From assembly GCA_041946805.1 (NCBI GenBank), contig JBHGBC010000192.1, positions 1 to 10,582 of the forward strand: a DNA stretch of 10,582 bases, in the 5' to 3' direction. Below the pieces are notes generated by a model. It was not told where the DNA came from. It did no database searches and worked only from the letters and a program-made list of their open reading frames with translations. This DNA comes from a bacterium. GTDB lineage: Bacteria > Hinthialibacterota > Hinthialibacteria > Hinthialibacterales > Hinthialibacteraceae. Within the stretch, counting starts at the first letter, position 1. Every line of letters starts with the position of its first letter. The position numbers and the translations under genes were made by a program. Shown piece after piece: positions 1-6,280 of this stretch.

Positions 1-1
1 A

Positions 2-38
2 AATTCCCTCTCCCTTTGGGAGAGGGCCAGGGTGAGGG
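2..38 (+). repeat. REP-like palindromic repeat, CCCTCTCCC family, copy 1
   Basis: AATT-CCCTCTCCC-TTT-GGGAGAGGG-CCAGGGTGAGGG: perfect 9-bp stem (6-14/18-26) plus GGGTGAGGG tail. Near-identical copies at 5427-5463 and 9577-9613. Confidence 0.9.
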
Positions 39-45
39 TATTTTT

Positions 46-71
46 GTAGGGGCGGACCTGGGTGTCCGCCC
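46..71 (+). repeat. GTAG-tagged REP-like hairpin
   Basis: GTAG immediately followed by GGGCGGAC-CTGGGT-GTCCGCCC (perfect 8-bp stem), the canonical GTAG-REP layout. Degenerate copy at 5470-5494. Confidence 0.8.
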
Positions 72-97
72 GCATCCCGGAGTGAATGGAATCGATT

Positions 98-118
98 GTA
101 GCGTGTGAGGCACGCACC
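98..118 (+). repeat. degenerate GTAG-type REP-like hairpin
   Basis: GTAGCGTGTGAGGCACGCACC: GTAG overlapping a 5-bp stem GCGTG/CACGC. Short, so weakly supported. Confidence 0.35.
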
Positions 119-122
119 TCCC

Positions 123-179
123 GGATGATCCTTTTTTCCCCCTTCCCCTTGGGATTGGGCACAGGGAGAGGGATCATCC
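123..179. repeat. imperfect long inverted repeat enclosing a decayed C-rich/G-rich REP-like element
   Basis: GGATGATCC (123-131) is the reverse complement of GGATCATCC (171-179). The interior CCCCCTTCCCCTTGGGATTGGGCACAGGGAGAGGG resembles the CCCTCTCCC family layout. Confidence 0.5.
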
Positions 180-274
180 AAGCTTCGCTATTCCAGAAGG
201 ATACCAGACTGCCGCCGTGGGCGGCAGCTTCGTGACACATGTTGATCGCTTGGCGAAAGAAGGAGAACGATTCG

Positions 275-1522
275 ATGCGACCATCAAATAACCAAAGTGG
301 ATCCCTGTCCCGCCGCGCGGTGATGCAAAGCCTGTTCGCCTCGAGCGCCCTGGCCGCGATGAGTTCCAACGCGTTTCCGCAATCCGCCGCAACTCCACCC
401 GTTTCACCCAAGGAGACGATCAAGGTCACCAAGCTGGAGACCTTTCTGGTCAAGCCCCGCTGGCTGTTCCTCAAAATCCACACCGACGCCGGCATCACGG
501 GCCTGGGCGAACCGATCCTCGAAGGCCGCGCCCGCACCTGCGCCGAGGCGGTGGAGGAAATTTCCGCGTACCTCGTCGGCCAGGACCCGCGGCGCGTGGC
601 GCACCACTGGCAGGCCATCTACCGCCATGCCTTCTACCGGGGCGGGCCCATCCTGACCAGCGCCCTCAGCGGCATCGATCAGGCCTTATGGGACATCAAG
701 GGGAAAGCCCTGGGAGTGCCCGTGTATGAACTGCTGGGCGGCCCGACCCGGGACCGGATCAAGGTCTACGCCCACGGCGGCTCGCCCGAGGCCATCCGCA
801 AGGCGAAGGAGCAAGGCTTCCGCGCCTTCAAGACCGGCGTGTCCAAGAAGCGGCCCGCCCGCATCGTCGAAACGCCGGGCTTCGTAAACTACGCCGCCGA
901 ACAGTTCGCCGCCCTGCGCGAAGCCGCCGGACCGGATTGCGACATCGGGATCGATTTCCACGGGGCGGTCCCTCCGCAGACCGCCAAGGTGCTGATCAAA
1001 GCCCTCGAGCCGTATCAGCCGATGTTCATCGAGGAGCCGGTGCAATGCCAGAACGTGGACATCATGGCCGATATCGCGCAATCCACCCACTTGCCCATCG
1101 CCACCGGCGAGCGGATCTTCACCAAGTGGGGATTCCGCGAAATCCTGGAGAAACGCGCCGCGAGCATTCTGCAGCCCGATCTCTGCCATGCGGGGGGCAT
1201 CACCGAGTGCCGCCTGATCGCCGGCATGGCCGAAGCCTATTACGCCGCCATCGCGCCGCACAACCCCCTGGGGCCGATCTCGCTGGCCGCAGGATTGCAC
1301 CTGGCCGCCTCCATACCCAACTTCCTCTGCCAAGAGCAAGTCTCGCTGGGCGACGGGTATCTCAAGAATCCCTTCACCATCGAGGACGGCTATATCCCGC
1401 TTCCGCAAGGACCTGGTTTAGGCGTCGAACTCGACGAGGAAAAACTGGCGGACAAGATCGATCACGACTGGAAAAATCCCGAGACCTACGACCCGGATGA
1501 CGGCTCCGTCGTGGACTGGTAA
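275..1522 (+). CDS. dgoD: galactonate dehydratase-like enzyme (mandelate racemase/enolase superfamily) with a Tat-like N-terminal extension
   Basis: Motifs PRWLFLKIHTD..G.GEP, FYRGGPIL.SALSGIDQALWDIKGK, metal ligands in DFHG / FIEEP / ATGER, QPD and catalytic His in APHNPLGPI. Start moved from 239 to ATG 275 because AGGAG lies at 261-265. Substrate is assigned by family resemblance only. Confidence 0.88.
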   Translation: MRPSNNQSGSLSRRAVMQSLFASSALAAMSSNAFPQSAATPPVSPKETIKVTKLETFLVKPRWLFLKIHTDAGITGLGEPILEGRARTCAEAVEEISAYLVGQDPRRVAHHWQAIYRHAFYRGGPILTSALSGIDQALWDIKGKALGVPVYELLGGPTRDRIKVYAHGGSPEAIRKAKEQGFRAFKTGVSKKRPARIVETPGFVNYAAEQFAALREAAGPDCDIGIDFHGAVPPQTAKVLIKALEPYQPMFIEEPVQCQNVDIMADIAQSTHLPIATGERIFTKWGFREILEKRAASILQPDLCHAGGITECRLIAGMAEAYYAAIAPHNPLGPISLAAGLHLAASIPNFLCQEQVSLGDGYLKNPFTIEDGYIPLPQGPGLGVELDEEKLADKIDHDWKNPETYDPDDGSVVDW

Positions 1523-1543
1523 GAGGGTGGATTGGCTGGATGG

Positions 1544-1575
1544 GGATGGGTTAGCACGCTAGCGTGTGATCCCTC
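1544..1575 (+). repeat. degenerate REP-like hairpin (GATGGGTTA family) between convergent genes
   Basis: GGATGGGTTAG matches the left arm of the 5349-5378 element. It has an internal palindrome CACGCTAGCGTG (1555-1566) and a decayed right arm TGATCCCTC. Confidence 0.55.
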
Positions 1576-1620
1576 CTGCTGGTTGGGCTCCAAACGAAGC
1601 GTAGCCGGCCATCCCGACCC

Positions 1621-4600
1621 TCACTCCTTCGCCGCTCCCGCAAGGATCTCCCGCGCCATGGCGTTGATCTTCCGCATGTCCACTTTGCCGGAACCGAGCG
1701 TGGGGAGATGGTCCACGGCCAGCAGATCGTCCCGTTTGGGCACCCACAAGGGAGGCAGGCCGCCGCGGGCCAGGCGTTCCCACAACTCGTTCAGCGGGAT
1801 CCCCGGATTGGCCACCAGGGCCACCAGCCGCTCGCCCTTGCGCCCGTCGGGAACGGCGGTCACCGCGCAATACGCGCCGCCCAGTATCGCGTTGACGGCG
1901 TTTTCCACCATGACGTGCGGCACCATCTCCCCGCCGATTTTGCTGAAGCGCGACAACCGGTCGGTGATGAACACAAAGCCATCCTCGTCCACCCGGGCGA
2001 TATCGCCGGTGATGTACCAGCCGCCGCGGAAGGCCTGCTCCGTCAGATCGGGCCGGTCCAGGTAGCCCAACATCCGGTTCGGCCCTTTCACCAGCAGCAA
2101 TCCCTCCCGGCCGGCGGGCAGCCGCTCGCCGCTCTCCGGATCGATCACTTGCACGGACACGCCGGGCAGCGGATGCCCCACCGATCCGGGCTTGCGGCCG
2201 GGCTGGAAGATCGGCCCTTGCTGGAAATCCGGCCGGCTCAAGGCGATCACCGGGGATGTTTCCGTGCATCCGTAGCCCTCGAGCAGCGCGATGCCGAATT
2301 TCCTCTGGAACGCTTCCGCCACGGATTCGGGCAGTTTTTCCGCCCCGGTGAAGCCGTAGCGGATGGTGGCGAACGTCTCCGGCGGACAGACGCGGATAAA
2401 GGCCTGGCAGAAGGTGGACGTGGCCACCAGAATGGTCGCGCGCTCTTCGCACGCCAGCTGGCCGATGCGCTTCGTGTCCAGCGGGTTGGGATGATACAAC
2501 GCGCCGAATCCATGCAGCAGCGGCAGCCACAAAGTGCCCGTGTAACCGAACGAATGAAAAAACGGCAGGATCCCCAGCATGCGGTCGGCCGGGGTGATGT
2601 CGTAAATCTGGCAGATGGCCTCCACGTTCGAGAGGATGTTGTAATGCGAGAGCATGGCCCCCTTGGGCTCGCCCGTGCTCCCACTGGTGAAGATCACCGC
2701 CGCAATAGCCTCGGACGGGTGATTCGCGCCGGGGGGGCCGAGCCGCCGGGCCAGACGCCGGGACGGCCACGCCAGCGCCTCCACCGCCGCCGCCAGGAAC
2801 CGCCACCGGGGTGTTTGCTTGATCCAATCCTCCAGAAAGACGGTGTCCGCCCCGCCCGGCAGGGGAAATTTCTCCCGCATCTTGTGCGAGGTGAAAACCG
2901 TCCGGATGCCGCATTGCCGCCGGACCGCTTCCATCCACTCCGCGCCGGTGGTGTAGTTCAGGTTCACCGCCGTTTTCCCTGCCAGCGTCACCGCCAGGTT
3001 GGCCAGCGCGCCCCCCACCGAGGCGGGCAGCAACAGGCCGATCCGCTCTTCCGCCGCGTGATGCCGGCGCAGCCAGCGCGCCAAGGCCACGGCGGCGGCC
3101 GCGGCCCGTCCGAACGTCAACCGCTGGCCCGTGGTGTCCAGCATGCAGCACGAAAACCAGCGGCGCTTGGCGGTTCGCAAAAACCGGGCGGAGAGCCGGT
3201 CGTTCCGCGAAGGCCGGAATTCCATCGCCTGGGTGGCGAGTTCCAACACCGCGCGCCGCACGGCGGGAGCCGGCGTGTCCGCGGGCAGGGATTCGCCAAA
3301 CGAAATGGTGACCGGATGGGGGAACCGGCCCGGCCGTTTCCAGAAAAAGCGCCCGTCCTTGTAGCTGAAAACGCTGCCCCAAACGCCATCCAGGTACATC
3401 GGCACGATGGGCGCGTCGAGCCCTTGCGCGATTTTCTCCAATCCGCGCTGGAAGGGCAGCAGGTTGCCGGTGCGGGTCAGGGTCCCCTCGGCGAACACGC
3501 ACACCAGTTTCCCTTCCCGCAATTTTTCCCGCGCCTGGATGATGGTGTTCAGGACGCCCCGGCCTTGCCGCCGCACGGGTATCGCTTCACCCAGCTCGAA
3601 GAACCACTTCAGCCCCCGCTTTTCATATATGCTCTCATCGACCAGAAAATGCACCGGCCGGGGCACGCAGGAACTGATGAGCGGGCCGTCCACATACGAG
3701 ACATGGTTGCCGACCAGCAGGGCCGCTCCCTCACGGGGCACATTCTCCAGGCCCGTGGTCTGGATCCGGTAGAGCGTATGAGTCAGCAGCCACAGGATGA
3801 AACGCACGAACGTATCCGGCAGGACGCGGAGGATGTACACGGTGACCGCGATCGTGAACAGGCCGGAAAAAAGAATGATCTGGCTGGCGCGGAAGGAAAG
3901 GAAATCATGCGTCAGCCACAGCAAGCCGGATGAAATCAAAACCCCCACCGTATTCAAGAAATTGTTGGTGGCGATCATCCGCCCCTTTTCTTCCCGTCCG
4001 CTGGCCTTTTGCAAATACGCGTACAGCGGCACGAGGAACAAGCCGCTGCTGAATCCCACTCCCGCCAATCCCGCCGCCGTCAGGAGGTACGAGGGAACTC
4101 CCAGCGCCAGCGCCATCGCGAACAAACCCATGCCGATGGATCCCAGCGGCGCCAGGCCCAGCTCCACCTTGTCGCCCGACAGGCGCCCGGCGGCCAGGCT
4201 CCCCGCGCCCACGCCCGCCGCCAGCGCGGTCCCCAGCAGCCCGATCCGGGCGTCGGTGGCGCCCAGTTCCTCCTTGCCCAGCAAAACGAGCAGCAACTGA
4301 AACAGCGCGCCCAAAAACCAGAAATACGAAATGCCCGCCACCGTCAGCCATAAGTCCCTCTCCTGGTACAAACGCCGCAGGCCCAGGCCGATCTCGTTCC
4401 AGGGATTCTTCGAAAAGCGGCCGGATGCGCCCGAAGGCGGCACGCGGGTGATGACCAACGCGGCGGCCGCGCCCGTCACGGCGATGACCACCTGGATCAG
4501 CGCCACGCGGTGCAAATGTTCCTTCCATGCGCCGAACATCGCGCCCCCGAGCGCCGTGCCGAGGATGAGGGCCAGGAACGTGGCCGTCTCCAGCAGGCCG

Positions 4601-5031
4601 TTGGCGCGGGACAGGTCCCGTTCCGGCAGCATCTCGGGCAGGATGCCGTACTTGGCCGGGCTGGAAAACGTGGACTGCAAGGCCAGCAGGAACAAGATGG
4701 CCAGGAGAAAGGGCACATGGCCCGCGGAAAGAGCCCCGGCGGCCAGACTCATGGAGACGATTTCGAGCGACTTGGCGGCGATCAACACGGACCGTTTGCT
4801 GTACCGGTCGGACAAAAAGCCCGCGTAGCCCGAAAAGAGCAGAAAGGGGAGTATGAACACCGCGCTTACCAGCGGCAGGGCGCCGCTCCCCTGGCGCGCC
4901 CGCATGGCGGCGTCCACGGCCAGCAGCGAGACGGTGATCTTGAAAATATTGTCGTTCAACGCGCCCAGAAACTGGGTTCCCAAAAACGCTTGGAACCCCC
5001 GGTCGCGCAGCAACGTTTTCATGCGGTTCAT
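1621..5031 (-). CDS. aas: Aas-like fusion: MFS lysophospholipid transporter (LplT-like) + PlsC-type acyltransferase + acyl-ACP synthetase
   Basis: 1136 aa. The N-terminal ~410 aa is a hydrophobic MFS (TQFLGALNDNIFK, SGYAGFLSDRYSKR, PAKYGILPE). The acyltransferase has NHVSYVD (HxxxxD) and FAEG. The adenylation domain has IFTSGSTGEPKG, EGYGCTE, WYITGD and RFSKIGGEMV. GAGG lies 8 nt upstream of ATG 5031. Confidence 0.93.
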   Translation of the reverse strand: MNRMKTLLRDRGFQAFLGTQFLGALNDNIFKITVSLLAVDAAMRARQGSGALPLVSAVFILPFLLFSGYAGFLSDRYSKRSVLIAAKSLEIVSMSLAAGALSAGHVPFLLAILFLLALQSTFSSPAKYGILPEMLPERDLSRANGLLETATFLALILGTALGGAMFGAWKEHLHRVALIQVVIAVTGAAAALVITRVPPSGASGRFSKNPWNEIGLGLRRLYQERDLWLTVAGISYFWFLGALFQLLLVLLGKEELGATDARIGLLGTALAAGVGAGSLAAGRLSGDKVELGLAPLGSIGMGLFAMALALGVPSYLLTAAGLAGVGFSSGLFLVPLYAYLQKASGREEKGRMIATNNFLNTVGVLISSGLLWLTHDFLSFRASQIILFSGLFTIAVTVYILRVLPDTFVRFILWLLTHTLYRIQTTGLENVPREGAALLVGNHVSYVDGPLISSCVPRPVHFLVDESIYEKRGLKWFFELGEAIPVRRQGRGVLNTIIQAREKLREGKLVCVFAEGTLTRTGNLLPFQRGLEKIAQGLDAPIVPMYLDGVWGSVFSYKDGRFFWKRPGRFPHPVTISFGESLPADTPAPAVRRAVLELATQAMEFRPSRNDRLSARFLRTAKRRWFSCCMLDTTGQRLTFGRAAAAAVALARWLRRHHAAEERIGLLLPASVGGALANLAVTLAGKTAVNLNYTTGAEWMEAVRRQCGIRTVFTSHKMREKFPLPGGADTVFLEDWIKQTPRWRFLAAAVEALAWPSRRLARRLGPPGANHPSEAIAAVIFTSGSTGEPKGAMLSHYNILSNVEAICQIYDITPADRMLGILPFFHSFGYTGTLWLPLLHGFGALYHPNPLDTKRIGQLACEERATILVATSTFCQAFIRVCPPETFATIRYGFTGAEKLPESVAEAFQRKFGIALLEGYGCTETSPVIALSRPDFQQGPIFQPGRKPGSVGHPLPGVSVQVIDPESGERLPAGREGLLLVKGPNRMLGYLDRPDLTEQAFRGGWYITGDIARVDEDGFVFITDRLSRFSKIGGEMVPHVMVENAVNAILGGAYCAVTAVPDGRKGERLVALVANPGIPLNELWERLARGGLPPLWVPKRDDLLAVDHLPTLGSGKVDMRKINAMAREILAGAAKE

Positions 5032-5060
5032 CGGCGGCGCCTCGATCCTCTCTCCGGCCT

Positions 5061-5090
5061 ATTATGAATCGAATCGGGAGTGCCGCGCAA
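5061..5090 (-). promoter_or_regulatory. putative sigma70 promoter of aas
   Basis: Minus strand TTGCGC-N18-CATAAT, with the -10 box 30 nt upstream of the start codon. Confidence 0.45.
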
Positions 5091-5237
5091 TACGGACTTT
5101 TCCGCCGGATTGTGTGGTTCCCGGACAGAAAACCCTATTTGGTATTGCACTATATTGTATATATGATTATGAATTGCCGATTCCGCCGACTCCGATTCTT
5201 TTTCGAATCCCGCGGCATGAAACCGGCCGGCTGCTTC

Positions 5238-5265
5238 CTGGATCCCCGCTTTCGCGGGGGATGAC
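5238..5265 (-). repeat. GTC-tagged (CGTC-family/dRS3-like) palindromic repeat
   Basis: Minus strand GTCATCCCCCGCGAAAGCGGGGATCCAG: ATCCCCGC/GCGGGG(G)AT stem with a 4-nt loop. Same layout as the widespread GTCATTCCCGCGnAnGCGGGAATCCA repeats. Confidence 0.8.
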
Positions 5266-5305
5266 AATTGAATTGGTGCAGGAGCGGCCGGCAGGCCGCC
5301 CGGAT

Positions 5306-5340
5306 TCCCCCCCAAAGTTCGGGGGAGGTTAGGAGGGGGG
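5306..5340 (+). repeat. C-rich/G-rich hairpin with G-rich tail, same architecture as the CCCTCTCCC family
   Basis: TCCCCCCCAAAGTTCGGGGGA followed by GGTTAGGAGGGGGG. Confidence 0.65.
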
Positions 5341-5348
5341 TGGCAAAC

Positions 5349-5378
5349 GTAGGATGGGTTAGCGAAGCATAACCCATC
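5349..5378 (+). repeat. GTAG-tagged REP hairpin
   Basis: GTAG-GATGGGTTA-GCGAAGCA-TAACCCATC: perfect 9-bp stem with a GC-GAA-GC mini-hairpin in the loop. Confidence 0.85.
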
Positions 5379-5380
5379 AA

Positions 5381-5422
5381 CATCCCGGTCATCCTGTTCA
5401 TCCTGACCATCCTGATTCAGAC
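5381..5422 (+). repeat. 9-bp tandem repeat (CATCCTGnn x4) ending in TCAGAC
   Basis: CATCCCGGT CATCCTGTT CATCCTGAC CATCCTGAT TCAGAC. Confidence 0.85.
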
Positions 5423-5426
5423 GAAG

Positions 5427-5463
5427 AATTCCCTCTCCCTCTGGGAGAGGGCCGGGGTGAGGG
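5427..5463 (+). repeat. REP-like palindromic repeat, CCCTCTCCC family, copy 2
   Basis: AATT-CCCTCTCCC-TCT-GGGAGAGGG-CCGGGGTGAGGG, 35/37 identical to 2-38. Confidence 0.9.
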
Positions 5464-5469
5464 AAATTG

Positions 5470-5494
5470 GGAAGGACGGACCTCGGTGTGCCCC
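5470..5494 (+). repeat. decayed copy of the GTAGGGGCGGACC REP
   Basis: GGAAGGACGGACCTCGGTGTGCCCC aligns with GTAGGGGCGGACCTGGGTGTCCGCCC (46-71) with a 2-nt gap. Confidence 0.6.
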
Positions 5495-5502
5495 AAGTAT
5501 TC

Positions 5503-5532
5503 GCGGGATGGATTAGGGAAGCGTTACCCAAC
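5503..5532 (+). repeat. decayed copy of the GTAGGATGGGTTA REP
   Basis: GCGGGATGGATTAGGGAAGCGTTACCCAAC is 23/30 identical, ungapped, to 5349-5378. Confidence 0.7.
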
Positions 5533-5537
5533 ACCAT

Positions 5538-6014
5538 TCACCCGCTTTTCCGCAATGCCTTCCGGATCGTCTCGAGCAGGGAACAAATCAAGGTTTGATT
5601 TTTGGCCGGCAGCGCGCCGATCACTTCCTCGATGCGGGTGAAATATTTCTCCTCGGCCTTGTTCAAGACCGACAGGCCCGCGCGGGTGATCTTCACCTGG
5701 TTGATCCGCCGGTCCTTCGGGTCCGCGAGGCGCTGCACCCAGCCCGCCTGCTCCATGCGGTCGATCAGGCCGGTCACGTTGGACCGGTTGACCAGCAGGC
5801 GCTCGCCCAGGATCGTCTGGCTGATCCCCGCGCCGCTGTTCTGGTATTTCAGCAGCATCAGGACGTTGAACTGCGAGTCGGTCAGGCCGAACGGCCGCAA
5901 CAGCCTCTGCCCCTCCTTGGCCAGCATTTCGCCGGTCAGCACGATGTTCATGACCGCCTCGTGCGCCCGGTTCGTGATGGGGCGGGGAAGTCCCAACTCT
6001 TGTTGCAGGCTCAT
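5538..6014 (-). CDS. MarR family transcriptional regulator
   Basis: 158 aa from ATG 6014 (AAAGGA upstream). Pattern FGLTDSQFNVLMLL, HTH SQTILGERLLVNRSNVTGLIDRMEQAGWVQR and wing DPKDRR..VKITRAG. The longer ORF to 6419 overlaps gpx and crosses a terminator. Confidence 0.93.
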   Translation of the reverse strand: MSLQQELGLPRPITNRAHEAVMNIVLTGEMLAKEGQRLLRPFGLTDSQFNVLMLLKYQNSGAGISQTILGERLLVNRSNVTGLIDRMEQAGWVQRLADPKDRRINQVKITRAGLSVLNKAEEKYFTRIEEVIGALPAKNQTLICSLLETIRKALRKSG

Positions 6015-6070
6015 GGGTCGTTCCTTTCTGTTTCTGGGCGGTTCCGGAAGAGTTCGGCGTTTTGATTCTG

Positions 6071-6099
6071 ATTGTAATACTCCACCATTGTATTGTGAA
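6071..6099 (-). promoter_or_regulatory. putative sigma70 promoter of the MarR gene
   Basis: Minus strand TTCACA-N17-TACAAT (5/6 and 5/6 to consensus) in an AT-rich patch 57 nt upstream of the ATG. Confidence 0.65.
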
Positions 6100-6217
6100 G
6101 ACATGAACAGTGAGGAAGCATGGATTGGCTCCGGGAGACGGTCCGGGATCCCCTGTTCGGCATCCCCGCCGGCGCCGGCGGCCCTGAAGTTCCCGTGGAG
6201 CGCGGGGACGGTTCGGC

Positions 6218-6248
6218 AAAAAAAAGGGGCGCGGCGAACCGTGCCCCT
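6218..6248 (-). terminator. intrinsic terminator after the glutathione peroxidase gene
   Basis: Minus strand AGGGGCACGG-TTCG-CCGCGCCCC followed by 8 T, starting 33 nt after the stop codon. Confidence 0.88.
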
Positions 6249-6280
6249 CGGATCAATGGCTTTCGGAGAAGCGGGTGGAC

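Noticed and set aside
1559..3933. Long alternative-frame and antisense ORFs (1559-3502, 1708-3933, also 686-1408 and 7759-9252)
   Set aside because: They are shadows of real GC-rich genes: Arg/Gly/Pro-rich or antisense in-register, with no motifs.
5066..5217. Long-range complementarity suggesting a riboswitch or ncRNA upstream of aas
   Set aside because: The complementary segments (GAATCGG/CCGATTC, TGCCGCG/CGCGGCA) are short and not nested, and no known riboswitch motif was recognised.
5238..5532. CRISPR array or integron attC array interpretation of the hairpin cluster
   Set aside because: The units differ from one another, there are no regular unique spacers or gene cassettes, and no cas or integrase gene is present.
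5028..5537. 169-aa minus-strand ORF spanning the marR-aas gap
   Set aside because: It is a translation of the repeat stack (PHPGPLPEGEG, QDGQDEQDD, SSPAKAGIQ). The same PHP.PLPEGEG peptide appears in the 9268-9651 ORF, and there is no family signature.
6166..6181. Perfect 16-bp palindrome CCGCCGGCGCCGGCGG
   Set aside because: All-GC low-complexity sequence in a GC-rich genome, single copy, not overlapping the predicted promoter.
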